This document shows positions 16,363 through 24,969 of a stretch of DNA of 34,049 nt, one piece after another; the stretch's first letter is position 1; each line of letters starts with the position of its first letter. A model generated the notes under the pieces. That model saw nothing but the letters and a program-made list of their open reading frames with translations. It did not search any database and was not told the DNA's origin. The stretch comes from Bacilli bacterium (GTDB lineage: Bacteria > Bacillota_I > Bacilli_A > RFN20 > CAG-288): positions 1 through 34,049 of the forward strand of contig JALFLX010000001.1 in the NCBI GenBank assembly GCA_022774485.1, written 5' to 3'. A program made the translations under genes and the position numbers.

Positions 16363-17718
16363 TCATTTTCCCAAGCAGAAGTGAGAGAAGAGAGTCTGAT
16401 AGATATCCTCCATCGTCTTGCTCCTGCTGTTTCCTAACATCTCATCCAAAAGAACTAAAGTGACATGGATTGTATCAGAGATGATATCGATCTGTCCTGT
16501 CTCTTCCAAAGCATTTTTAGAAAGATTGATCTGCTCGTGAATCTTGAAAAGATAATCTTCTTCTCTCTTTCCTAAAAAACAAGATTCTTCTTTCTTGTCG
16601 ACATCGAGTCTCTCCAACATCAAAGCGAAGAGAGAAGAGAGGTCTTCTTCTGTCTCAGAGACAGAGATATCACCTTCTTTGCTCTGATTGATATCAGACT
16701 TTGTCGAGACAAGAATCACATTCTTTTTCTCTAACAGCGCTTTAATTTTCTCATCGGAAAGAATCTCTGAAAAACCATTTTCAGAGCAGAGAAGAACAAG
16801 ATCTGCTCTCTTGATAGTTTCATACGACTTCTGAATGCCGAGATTTTCAAGAAGATCATCTGTCTCTCTCAATCCCGCCGTATCATCGAAGTGGAAGTGA
16901 ATTCCATCGATTTCTCTTTCCCCCTCCACGACATCTCTTGTCGTTCCAGGAATCGGTGAGACAATCGCTTTATCTTTTCCTAAAATACGGTTTAATAAAG
17001 TTGATTTTCCCGCGTTAGGTTCACCGGCAATCGCGACTTGAATTCCTTGGTATTCTCTATTTGCACGCTTGGTTTGATCTAACAACTTCTTTGTTTTTGA
17101 AGATAAGGATTGTAAACTAACTGACACTTCGTTTAAGACAACAGGATAGTCGCTCTCATCAAAATCAGAGTACTGGTTCTCAACAAAATATTCTAATTTC
17201 GATAAATCCTCTAACAGCTCTTTTTTGATCGACAAGATGATATTTGCATTCTCACCATTTAAGGTAGAAGATGCGATTTTCTTTGCTCTAGTAGAGTTTG
17301 CGTTGATTAAATCATTGACACCCTCCGCCTTCAACAAATCCATCTTCCCGTTGTAATAAGCTTGGCATGAAAACTCACCTTGCAAAGCTCTTCTTGCTCC
17401 ATACAAAGTGAGAGCATCTAAAAGCTCCTCAACGACAATCATAGAACCGTGAGTCGCAAATTCCACTAAATCAAAGCCTGTGTAAGAATTCGGTCCTTTA
17501 AAATATGTGACGACCGCTTCATCAATGAAAGAATTCAATTCTTCTTTCTTCTGATAAAGCTTTGCAAAAAAGGCTTGATTTGGAACAAGCGTATTCACAT
17601 CTTTCCGAATAAGATGTGAGAGAATCTCAACTGCTTTCTCGCCAGAAAGCCTTACAATCGCTAATGCGCTGTTCTGTCTCGGAGTAGATAGCGCACAAAT
17701 GGTATCAAAAACTAGCAT
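16363..17718 (-). CDS. mnmE: tRNA modification GTPase MnmE
   Basis: N-terminus MLVFDTICALSTPRQNSALAIVRLSG; G1 GEPNAGKSTLLN; G3 DTAGLRE; G4 STKSD; C-terminal FCLGK. I chose the start at ATG 17718 (451 aa). The 41 extra upstream codons in the ORF track have no homology pattern. The stop lies 1 nt from the tatD start. Confidence 0.92.
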   Translation of the reverse strand: MLVFDTICALSTPRQNSALAIVRLSGEKAVEILSHLIRKDVNTLVPNQAFFAKLYQKKEELNSFIDEAVVTYFKGPNSYTGFDLVEFATHGSMIVVEELLDALTLYGARRALQGEFSCQAYYNGKMDLLKAEGVNDLINANSTRAKKIASSTLNGENANIILSIKKELLEDLSKLEYFVENQYSDFDESDYPVVLNEVSVSLQSLSSKTKKLLDQTKRANREYQGIQVAIAGEPNAGKSTLLNRILGKDKAIVSPIPGTTRDVVEGEREIDGIHFHFDDTAGLRETDDLLENLGIQKSYETIKRADLVLLCSENGFSEILSDEKIKALLEKKNVILVSTKSDINQSKEGDISVSETEEDLSSLFALMLERLDVDKKEESCFLGKREEDYLFKIHEQINLSKNALEETGQIDIISDTIHVTLVLLDEMLGNSRSKTMEDIYQTLFSHFCLGK

Positions 17719-17724
17719 AGAAAC

Positions 17725-17733
17725 ATTATACCA
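17725..17733 (-). promoter_or_regulatory. Extended -10 box (TGGTATAAT) 6 nt upstream of the mnmE ATG
   Basis: The minus strand reads TGGTATAAT-GTTTCT-ATG. It lies downstream of the CDF terminator, and no SD is present. Confidence 0.45.
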
Positions 17734-17839
17734 CGAGTGTTTTCCATTCATGATTTGAACGGAAAAGTGAACAAAGGATTTATTCATCATAGATAAGCGA
17801 CAATATTTCTTGTCTTTTGAAGAACTGAAAGAGTAACAC

Positions 17840-17884
17840 AAAAAAATCGGTTCAACCAGAATATTTCCTTTTGTTAAGAACCGA
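17840..17884 (-). terminator. Probable terminator of the CDF gene
   Basis: The minus strand reads TCGGTTC-(24 nt)-GAACCGA followed by TTTTTTT. The stem is only 7 bp and the loop is large. Confidence 0.5.
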
Positions 17885-17894
17885 CTTTATTTCT

Positions 17895-18872
17895 TTAGAA
17901 TCCGCCTTCTATCTGATGACGATGCTTCTCATCATCTGGCTCAATGATGACATAAGCGTTTTTCATGTTATCGAATTTGTCGAATAACGCCGCTTTAATC
18001 TGATCTGCAATCTCATCAGAAGCAGCTAACGAAAGAGAAGAGTCTAAGAGAAGATAGATATCTAAATAGAACTTCTCAGAGAAGATACGGGAGTGAATCA
18101 GTTTCACTTCCTCAGGTTTCACAACAGTATAGATCACTTTTTTCACTTCATTCATGAGCTCTTCGTCAATCGCGTGATCAGAAAGTTCTCTCACTGCAGT
18201 GACAAAGGTCTCATAACCGACATAGATGACCATGAAGGCAATAGGATAAGTGAAAATTGGATCTAAGATGTTGTTATCTGGTAACCAGAGATAACCGAAC
18301 AAGGCAATCAACGCAGCGACTGAGGATAAGGCGTCAATCACCTGATGCCAAGCATCTGCTTTCATGGCGTTGGAACCTGCTTTTTTCGCACCGTACATCG
18401 TGATGAAAAACATGACTGCTTTCACTAAGATACTGAGAGAAGCGACAGAGAAGGAAACCCACCAGAGCTCTGAGAATACAATGAGAGTCTCCTCTTGTTC
18501 TCCGCTGATTCCAGCGATGAGAGACTCTGTGGATTCCACAATAATTTCTCCTGCGGTAAGGAAGAGAATCACCGCTAAGACAAGACAGGCGATGGATGCA
18601 TATCTCTCATAACCGTAATTGTACTTTTTGTTTTTCTTCTTCGCTGCGATCCAGACAGAGATGACAGCAATAACAGTGGTAAGGACATCACCTGTCCCGT
18701 GAACACCATCAGAGAAGACAGCTGAAGAAGATGCGATTCTTCCGATGACAATTTTTGTGATTCCTAACAAGAGATTCAAGATAACAGAGATGATACCGAT
18801 AATCGTCGCGATTTTTACCGGTTCTTTCTCGTGATCTTCTAACACGATATGATGATGGTGATGATGGCCCAT
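17895..18872 (-). CDS. Cation diffusion facilitator (CzcD/ZitB-type) divalent-metal efflux transporter
   Basis: Six TM helices. The metal-site motifs are SDGVHGTGDV (TM2) and ADAWHQVIDALSS (TM5), and there is a C-terminal cytoplasmic domain. The N-terminus is MGHHHHHH. AGGAGG lies 7 nt upstream of the ATG. Confidence 0.9.
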   Translation of the reverse strand: MGHHHHHHIVLEDHEKEPVKIATIIGIISVILNLLLGITKIVIGRIASSSAVFSDGVHGTGDVLTTVIAVISVWIAAKKKNKKYNYGYERYASIACLVLAVILFLTAGEIIVESTESLIAGISGEQEETLIVFSELWWVSFSVASLSILVKAVMFFITMYGAKKAGSNAMKADAWHQVIDALSSVAALIALFGYLWLPDNNILDPIFTYPIAFMVIYVGYETFVTAVRELSDHAIDEELMNEVKKVIYTVVKPEEVKLIHSRIFSEKFYLDIYLLLDSSLSLAASDEIADQIKAALFDKFDNMKNAYVIIEPDDEKHRHQIEGGF

Positions 18873-18976
18873 ATTCTTCCTCCTAACACAGATTTCATTG
18901 CTAAACTTCTTGGGATAGCCTCAACATTATAGTCGATTTTTTTATGATTTCTATCTTTCTTTTTCCTGAAGCGGAT

Positions 18977-19017
18977 ACATGAATTTTTCATCATATGAAC
19001 ATGTGTTTATGCGTCAA
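18977..19017 (-). promoter_or_regulatory. Candidate CDF promoter (TTGACG-N16-TATGAT) overlapped by TGAA/TTCA inverted-repeat half-sites
   Basis: The minus strand reads TTGACGcataaacacatgttcaTATGATgaaaaattcatgt. Three consecutive alternating half-sites, TTCAT-ATG-ATGAA-AAA-TTCAT, span the -10 box. Confidence 0.45.
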
Positions 19018-19142
19018 GAAAACTTGCTGTGAATTTAAAAGTTTTTTCTTGATAGAAGTTTTTAAATCGCCTTTATTTTTTATAAAACGATCAACAGAAA
19101 AAGAGAGTGATTTCTCCGGAAAGAAATTAGCGACAAAAATGT

Positions 19143-19703
19143 TTATTCCACAATTCCAGGAAGCAAAAAGCCTCTCTTCTTTGCCTCTTTGTAAATCTCT
19201 TCTTCTAAGTCTGTGTCCCCATCTTCACAAGCCATGAGAAGCATACCATAATAACCTTCTTTTCTCTGACACAATGCCGCTTTCTTGTAATATTCAAAAG
19301 CGGATTTTCTATTCTGTTCAAACAAAATTCCGTAATGTTGACATTTGGCCATTTCTAAATACGCTTCTGGATAAGCGTAGTCCACACAGATTCTAAGGTA
19401 GTTTCTCGCTTTGACAGGGTCGCGGTCTTTTAAGAGCTTATAGAGATAGTAGCAAGAAAAGGGATGGTTCTCTTTCAAAGCGAAATAAGCTTGTTGTATC
19501 GCTTCTTGTTCCGTGATTAAAAACAGGGGTTCCACCTCATTGAAAAAACATCTCAACAGATAAATGTGATTCTTTCCTTGGAAATTAGAGCTGGTCAATA
19601 AAACCTGCTTGATATCATTCATCTGCTGGGGAGTGGTGAATGGATTTTGCGCTTTTTGAAGAAGCTGAAGCAAGAGCTCATCGCGTGTCAGTGTCTTTTC
19701 CAT
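19143..19703 (-). CDS. Sel1-like (SLR/TPR-type) repeat protein
   Basis: 186 aa, all-helical in character. AYLEMAKCQHYGILFEQNRKSAFEYYKKAALCQRKEGYYGMLLM fits the Sel1 repeat consensus (A...G..Y..G.G...D...A..WY.KAA). It has no signal peptide. Confidence 0.5.
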   Translation of the reverse strand: MEKTLTRDELLLQLLQKAQNPFTTPQQMNDIKQVLLTSSNFQGKNHIYLLRCFFNEVEPLFLITEQEAIQQAYFALKENHPFSCYYLYKLLKDRDPVKARNYLRICVDYAYPEAYLEMAKCQHYGILFEQNRKSAFEYYKKAALCQRKEGYYGMLLMACEDGDTDLEEEIYKEAKKRGFLLPGIVE

Positions 19704-19709
19704 ATTCGT

Positions 19710-19718
19710 ATTCTATCA
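19710..19718 (-). promoter_or_regulatory. Extended -10 box (TGATAGAAT) 6 nt upstream of the Sel1-like gene ATG
   Basis: The minus strand reads TGATAGAAT-ACGAAT-ATG, inside the 25-nt ung/Sel1 spacer. No SD is present. Confidence 0.4.
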
Positions 19719-19728
19719 CGAGTGAAGT

Positions 19729-20442
19729 TTAATCGAACAACCTGCCGTCATCCACTTTAAAATCAATCTCTTCTAACCCGAGTTCTTTTAGTGTTTCATT
19801 CACTTTTTTAAAACAATCGGAGTGGAAAAATCCTCTCGATGCGCTCAAAGGAGAGGGGTGAGCAGTATAAATCAGATGAGCGTGTTTGCTTGTTAACACT
19901 TTTGCTCTCTCTTTTGCAAAGTTTCCCCAGAGAAGATAGACAATATCACGGCCAGAAGAATCTAACGCTGTTAAGACATCCTCGGTGAATGAGAACCAGC
20001 CAAGCTTCGCGTGGCTAGATGCTTTCCCCTCCTCCACTGTCAAACAAGCGTTTAACAAAAGAACCCCTTGACTCGCCCAAGAAGAGAGATCTCCAGAAGT
20101 TGAGATCGGATATCCATATTCATAGTTCAACTCTTTGTAAATGTTCAGAAGAGAAGGCGGAATTCTCACACCATCTCTTACCGAGAAGGCAAGTCCATTT
20201 GCTTGTCCCTGTTGGATATAGGGATCTTGACCGATGATGACAAGTTTGACATCTTCCGGATTCACAAGAGAAAACGCGCGGTATACCTCCTCCGCTTTCG
20301 GAAAAACCACCTCGCTTTGATAACGTTTGGTAATCTCTTTGATCAGAGGTAAAAAATATTCTTTCTCTTTCACAAAAGAGAGAAAAGAATCCCATTCCCC
20401 TGGAAAAGAAGATAACGTTTGCTCAATTTCTTTTGCTGTCAT
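19729..20442 (-). CDS. ung: Uracil-DNA glycosylase (family 1)
   Basis: VIIGQDPY, GVLLLN and the HPSPLS motif. Confidence 0.95.
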   Translation of the reverse strand: MTAKEIEQTLSSFPGEWDSFLSFVKEKEYFLPLIKEITKRYQSEVVFPKAEEVYRAFSLVNPEDVKLVIIGQDPYIQQGQANGLAFSVRDGVRIPPSLLNIYKELNYEYGYPISTSGDLSSWASQGVLLLNACLTVEEGKASSHAKLGWFSFTEDVLTALDSSGRDIVYLLWGNFAKERAKVLTSKHAHLIYTAHPSPLSASRGFFHSDCFKKVNETLKELGLEEIDFKVDDGRLFD

Positions 20443-20653
20443 CTTTCTTTTGATTCCTCTCTTTTAAAAATTTAATCAGATCGCTGAGGAAGAAATATCC
20501 CATCAGAAGAGCACAGACACCAGAAAGAACAATCGCTGCGATCGAATATCCGGAAAAGCCTTTGAGAAAAGCGATGACAAAAGAGCAGATAAAACAGATC
20601 AAAGCGATGATTAAGAAAATACCGTAAGGACGTTCTTTGAATGAATAACGCAT
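20423..20653 (-). CDS. Small two-TM membrane protein, unknown function
   Basis: 76 aa counted from ATG 20653, which is preceded by GTGAGG-N6. It has two hydrophobic helices and a basic C-terminus, and its 3' end overlaps the ung start by 20 nt. The ORF-track start at 20665 is a GTG that forms part of the SD. Confidence 0.45.
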   Translation of the reverse strand: MRYSFKERPYGIFLIIALICFICSFVIAFLKGFSGYSIAAIVLSGVCALLMGYFFLSDLIKFLKERNQKKDDSKRN

Positions 20654-20846
20654 AAATAACCTCACTACAAAAGAGTTTATCTATCCGAAAAACATATTGC
20701 AATCGTTCCTTTTCCCCACAAAAACAAGAGTTTGCGATCAAAAGACACTTTCGTTACTGTGTTTCTAGAAAATCTGCACCTCCTTCGCTATAAAACAAAT
20801 ATTCATTAGCTTTCTATATTTGGTAGGAAAAATCACTATGATTAAG

Positions 20847-20855
20847 TGATATAAT
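20847..20855 (+). promoter_or_regulatory. Extended -10 box (TGATATAAT) of the tdk promoter
   Basis: It lies 26 nt upstream of ATG 20882, and an ACGGAG RBS lies in between. A 6-bp inverted repeat, ATCACT-N7-AGTGAT (20832-20850), overlaps it. Confidence 0.45.
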
Positions 20856-20881
20856 TTTCTATTAGAAACGGAGCAACTATC

Positions 20882-21475
20882 ATGTATCAAGAACTTCAAA
20901 AAGGATGGATCGAGGTCATCTGCGGTCCGATGTTTGCCGGCAAGAGTGAAGAGCTGATTAGACGTGTCAAAACATTATCCTATGCCCATCAGAAAATCAT
21001 CGCATTCAAACCAGCGATCGACAACCGCTATGACAAAAGTGCCATCGCAAGCCACGATGGTGAGAAATACCAAGCTTTTGCTATCAAAAGTGCGGAAGAC
21101 ATCCTCCCTTTGGTGGAAAGTGATGTCCAAGTGGTCGCCATCGATGAAGTTCAATTCTTCAAAGATAGCATTGTCTCAATCTGCGAATCTTTAGCGGACC
21201 GCGGTGTCCGTGTCATCGTCGCTGGCTTAGACACTGACTTCAGAGGAGAACCCTTCGGCGTGATGCCACTCCTCTTAGCCAGAGCTGAGTTTGTCACCAA
21301 ACTCTCCGCCGCCTGCACTGTCTGCGGATGTGCAGCGACAAGAACGCAGAGACTTGTGGATGGAAAACCGGCTAACTACGATGATCCGATTATTTTAGTC
21401 GGTGCAAAAGAATCTTACGAAGCACGTTGCAGAAAGCATCACATTGTTCCTAATAAACCAAACAGCGACAAATAA
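20882..21475 (+). CDS. tdk: Thymidine kinase
   Basis: P-loop [18 protein letters not shown], and the zinc ribbon CTVCG...RCRKHH. Confidence 0.95.
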   Translation: MYQELQKGWIEVICGPMFAGKSEELIRRVKTLSYAHQKIIAFKPAIDNRYDKSAIASHDGEKYQAFAIKSAEDILPLVESDVQVVAIDEVQFFKDSIVSICESLADRGVRVIVAGLDTDFRGEPFGVMPLLLARAEFVTKLSAACTVCGCAATRTQRLVDGKPANYDDPIILVGAKESYEARCRKHHIVPNKPNSDK

Positions 21476-21496
21476 TCGCTGTGGAAAGGAGTATCT

Positions 21497-24160
21497 ATGG
21501 CATTTGGAAAAAAGAAAAAGAAGTTAAACCAAGACGTTCCTACTCCAGAATCAAAACTGACGATTGATAAAGTTGAAGAGGAAAATGAAGAGGTTGAAGA
21601 AGTCAAAGAAGAGAAAGAAGAACAAGAGAAACAACCATTAGAAGTGGAATCTACTCTTGAAACAAAGAAAATTCCTGACGATATTCAACGTTTTCAGCCT
21701 GATATCAAAGACGGATTGACAGAAGAACAGGTCAATCTCCGCATGGAGCAAGGACTCGATAACAAAGAGAAGAAAGAGAGCGGAAAGACAACCTGGCAGA
21801 TCATCCGGGATAATGTCTTCACCTTTTTCAACATGCTATTGTTAGCAATCGGCATTCTTTTAATTGTCTTTGGACAATACACTCAGACAATCTTCTTAGT
21901 CATCGCCTTTGCAAACACCCTCATCGGTATCATCCAAGAGTTGAAAGCGAAGAAGACCTTAGCGAAATTAAAGCTTGTCACAAACTCCACCGTGACAGTG
22001 ATTCGAAACGGAAAAGAGAGTGTCATCTCCACGACAAGCCTTGTCTTAGATGATATCTACAAATTGAAAAATGGTGACCAGATTCCAACAGACTCTGTAG
22101 TCAAAGATGGAATGATAGAAGTCAATGAATCTCTCCTCACCGGTGAGTCTCTTCCGATTAAGAAACTCCCTGGCGATAAGATCTTCGCAGGATCCTTTGT
22201 CGTTTCAGGCTCTGCTATCTGCAAAGCTGAATACGTGAGCGAATACAATTACATCTCCGGAATTCAAAGCAAAGCCAAGGAAGTCAACAAACCGAAATCA
22301 GAACTTGTCCGTTCCTTAAACGGTGTCATTAAAATCATCGGTTTGATCATCATCCCCTTAGGTGCATTAACCTTCTTAACCCAGTGGATTCAAAATGCGC
22401 AGCTCTTAGATGACAACTGGGAAATTGCCAAAGCAGCTGTCTCCAAAATGGCTGGAAGTATGGTCGGTATGATCCCCTCTGGCATGTACTTATTAACCTC
22501 TATTGCCTTAGCGAATTCTGTCTTAGCGCTCTCGAAGAAAAACGCGATGGTTCAAGACCTCTATTCCATCGAGATGCTTGCTAGAGTTGATACGCTTTGC
22601 TTAGATAAAACCGGAACCCTAACCGATGGTACGATGAGAGTAGATGAGATTGTCAGAATCTCAAACGAATATGACCTCGATAACCTCGTCGGAAGCTATC
22701 TGAACGCCTTCAGCGAAACAAACCAAACCTCCATCGCACTCTCTCAGCGTTTCCCGTTAAAAAACACTTATCGAATCATCGATTCTATCCCATTCTCCAG
22801 CGCGAGAAAATACTCCGCTGTCGAATTCAAACAGTATGGAACCTTTGTTTTAGGAGCTCCTGAATACCTCTACAAAGGAAGAGATAAAACCCTCTTAGAT
22901 TACATCTCACAGAAACAGTCTTCCGGTTACCGTGTCGTCATGCTCTGTAAAGCAGAGAACCCTATCCAAAACGGAACCATCAAAGGTAAATTCACTCCAG
23001 TCACCATCTTCACTTTAGAAGACCACATCAGACCTGAAGCGCCAAAAACCATCGAGTGGTTCAAAGAAAACGGCGTGAACATCAAGATTATCTCCGGTGA
23101 CAATCCGCTCACTGCCAGTGAGATCGCAATGAAATGCGGCGTACCTAACGCGGAGAAATGCATTTCCTTAGAAGGACTCTCGGAGCGTGAAGTCAGCCAG
23201 ATCATCAACGAATACACCGTCTTTGGAAGAGTTACCCCCGATCAAAAATCTTTCATCATCAAAACATTGAAAAATGAAGGACACACTGTCGGTATGACAG
23301 GTGATGGCGTAAACGACATTTTAGCCATGAAAACTTCCGATTGCTCCATCGCTATGGCAAACGGTGCCTCTGCTGCAAGAAATGTCGCTCACTTGGTCTT
23401 GTTAGATTCAAACTTTGCCTCCATGCCCTTAGCAGTTCAAGAAGGAAGACGCTGTATCAACAATGTGCAGCGCTCCTCTGCTCTTTATTTGATGAAGACC
23501 ATCTTCACCATCGTCTTCACCATCATTGTCCTCTTCACTTTCGTCAACGGTGGAAAAGGAATCGATTATCCGTTCCAGACAAACAACCTCCTCATCATGG
23601 AATCTGTCTGTATCGGTCTCACTTCTATCTTCTTAGCGTTGCAGAAAAATGATCAGCCAATCACCGGTCACTTCTTGAGAAACACCTTTAAACGTGCAAT
23701 CCCTGCTGCAATCTGCCTTATCGGTGCAATGTCGATCAACTATATTCTCAAATACTCCGGAAATTTCTTAGAGCTCTCTGAAGATCCCTTTGTCGCCAAA
23801 GAACAGTTCACAACCTTCTGTTCCTTGACAATGACTGTTGTCTCTCTTGCCATGGCCTACAACTGCTTCTTGCCGATCACTCCCTTACGAAAGAACTGGT
23901 ATCGAGCAGTTATGTTCTCTGTAATATTTGTCATCGCCGTCTTCGCTGTCTTTGTCTTCCCGTTCATCCCGACTTTCGATGGTGGATCGAATATGTCACA
24001 AGCGTTATTCGGGATCAACTTCCTGAACTTAAATAAAACTATGAGTTTGATCCTCATCATTTACGGCTCTGCATCAAGCGCAATTCTCGGCGCTTTGATT
24101 CACATCTTTTCTCACATCAAAAGCGATGAAAAGGAAGTCATCCAAAGCTTAGAGAGATAA
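21497..24160 (+). CDS. Cation-translocating P-type ATPase (P2-like, specificity unclear)
   Basis: 887 aa with TGES (LTGESLPI), the phosphorylation site CLDKTGTLT and the hinge TGDGVNDILAMK, plus about 10 TM helices. The TM4 motif is IPSGM instead of PEGL. The N-terminal tail is acidic (EEENEEVEEVKEEKEEQEKQ). AAAGGAG RBS. Confidence 0.9.
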   Translation: MAFGKKKKKLNQDVPTPESKLTIDKVEEENEEVEEVKEEKEEQEKQPLEVESTLETKKIPDDIQRFQPDIKDGLTEEQVNLRMEQGLDNKEKKESGKTTWQIIRDNVFTFFNMLLLAIGILLIVFGQYTQTIFLVIAFANTLIGIIQELKAKKTLAKLKLVTNSTVTVIRNGKESVISTTSLVLDDIYKLKNGDQIPTDSVVKDGMIEVNESLLTGESLPIKKLPGDKIFAGSFVVSGSAICKAEYVSEYNYISGIQSKAKEVNKPKSELVRSLNGVIKIIGLIIIPLGALTFLTQWIQNAQLLDDNWEIAKAAVSKMAGSMVGMIPSGMYLLTSIALANSVLALSKKNAMVQDLYSIEMLARVDTLCLDKTGTLTDGTMRVDEIVRISNEYDLDNLVGSYLNAFSETNQTSIALSQRFPLKNTYRIIDSIPFSSARKYSAVEFKQYGTFVLGAPEYLYKGRDKTLLDYISQKQSSGYRVVMLCKAENPIQNGTIKGKFTPVTIFTLEDHIRPEAPKTIEWFKENGVNIKIISGDNPLTASEIAMKCGVPNAEKCISLEGLSEREVSQIINEYTVFGRVTPDQKSFIIKTLKNEGHTVGMTGDGVNDILAMKTSDCSIAMANGASAARNVAHLVLLDSNFASMPLAVQEGRRCINNVQRSSALYLMKTIFTIVFTIIVLFTFVNGGKGIDYPFQTNNLLIMESVCIGLTSIFLALQKNDQPITGHFLRNTFKRAIPAAICLIGAMSINYILKYSGNFLELSEDPFVAKEQFTTFCSLTMTVVSLAMAYNCFLPITPLRKNWYRAVMFSVIFVIAVFAVFVFPFIPTFDGGSNMSQALFGINFLNLNKTMSLILIIYGSASSAILGALIHIFSHIKSDEKEVIQSLER

Positions 24161-24199
24161 ATTAAAAATATAGATTGTTAGAACAAAGCTTTACGTCTT

Positions 24200-24868
24200 T
24201 TACAACTTTTCTGGTTCCTCTAAGAATGATTTGAAATAAAAGTCGGAAAGAGTTTTGATTTTTTGCTGATCTCTTTCATTTCTTTTATCGTAGACAGCAG
24301 CGACTTTAAAGCCGGCTTGATGTGCCGTGTTTACAGCGATTAAGATATCTTCAAACACTAAAGTTTCCTCTGGTTTAACATTCATCTTAGCGGCTAAGAG
24401 CTGATAGATTTTCGGTTCACTTTTGGTGGAGTTAATCTCGTTGACATTCATGATGTGATCAAAGTAGGCATAAAGATGATTTCTTCTTAAGCAAGGCTCA
24501 TAGAGCTCTTTCCGATTGGTTGTCGCTAAAGAGAGAGGAATTCCTTGTTCTTTGAGAAATTGAAGAAGTTCTTGAGCGCCTGGTTTCGCTTGAATTTCAC
24601 TCTCATATTCCTCTTTTGACCACTCGGTCCAAAGTTCCATGATTGTCTCAACAGAATCTGGGATCTGATATTCCTCTTTGGTGAACTGAGCCATCTCTAA
24701 AAAGCTCATATGGTTAATTTTTTTCTCGTAATCAGCAGGGGTTTCCATTCCATAGCGTGCAAAAAATCTCCGGTCGATATCACTCCACATTCCTAAAGAA
24801 TCGACAAGGGTTCCATCCATATCGAAGATACAGGCTTTGATACCTGAGAGCATTTTTTGTAATTTCAT
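24200..24868 (-). CDS. HAD-superfamily hydrolase (subfamily IA, phosphatase/beta-phosphoglucomutase-like)
   Basis: Motif I is CIFDMDGTLVDS; there is a cap domain, LATTN, and a C-terminal VFEDIL. I chose the start at ATG 24868 (MKLQKMLSG...), with ATG 24853 as an alternative. The longer ORF-track start would overlap the divergent exonuclease gene. Confidence 0.8.
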   Translation of the reverse strand: MKLQKMLSGIKACIFDMDGTLVDSLGMWSDIDRRFFARYGMETPADYEKKINHMSFLEMAQFTKEEYQIPDSVETIMELWTEWSKEEYESEIQAKPGAQELLQFLKEQGIPLSLATTNRKELYEPCLRRNHLYAYFDHIMNVNEINSTKSEPKIYQLLAAKMNVKPEETLVFEDILIAVNTAHQAGFKVAAVYDKRNERDQQKIKTLSDFYFKSFLEEPEKL

Positions 24869-24874
24869 GCCGAT

Positions 24875-24880
24875 ATTGTA
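24875..24880 (-). promoter_or_regulatory. -10 hexamer TACAAT 6 nt upstream of the HAD ATG
   Basis: The minus strand reads TACAAT-ATCGGC-ATG. No SD is present. Confidence 0.35.
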
Positions 24881-24954
24881 TCGAAACATATCTTTCTTGT
24901 AAATCAAGAAAAACAAAATCAGAGAAAAGTGTTTTCGGGAAATGTTCAACGGGT

Positions 24955-24960
24955 TACAAT
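24955..24960 (+). promoter_or_regulatory. -10 hexamer TACAAT 9 nt upstream of the exonuclease ATG
   Basis: TACAAT-AAAGCAGGT-ATG(24970). At best there is a weak SD (GCAGG). Confidence 0.3.
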
Positions 24961-24969
24961 AAAGCAGGT

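Noticed and set aside
18849-18872. MGHHHHHH as evidence of expression-vector contamination or an engineered construct
   Set aside because: There is no vector linker (no MGSS, RGS, thrombin or TEV site). Native RBS, promoter and terminator surround the gene, and chromosomal genes flank it on both sides. His-rich tails are natural in CDF transporters.
18873-19142. czcD-type (NiCo) metal riboswitch upstream of the CDF gene
   Set aside because: I looked for it because this riboswitch class occurs upstream of CDF genes in Firmicutes. The leader here is AT-rich and only about 50-120 nt long, depending on the promoter. It shows no GC-rich four-way-junction-like pairing. A covariance-model scan would settle it.
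20666-20881. Replication origin at the minus-to-plus gene-orientation switch
   Set aside because: There is no dnaA or dnaN gene. I found only a poor DnaA-box-like string here (TTCCCCACA, 2 mismatches). A single 8/9 box (TCATCCACA) lies far away at 6605-6613. There is no box cluster or AT-rich unwinding repeats. The region reads as an ordinary divergent promoter region.
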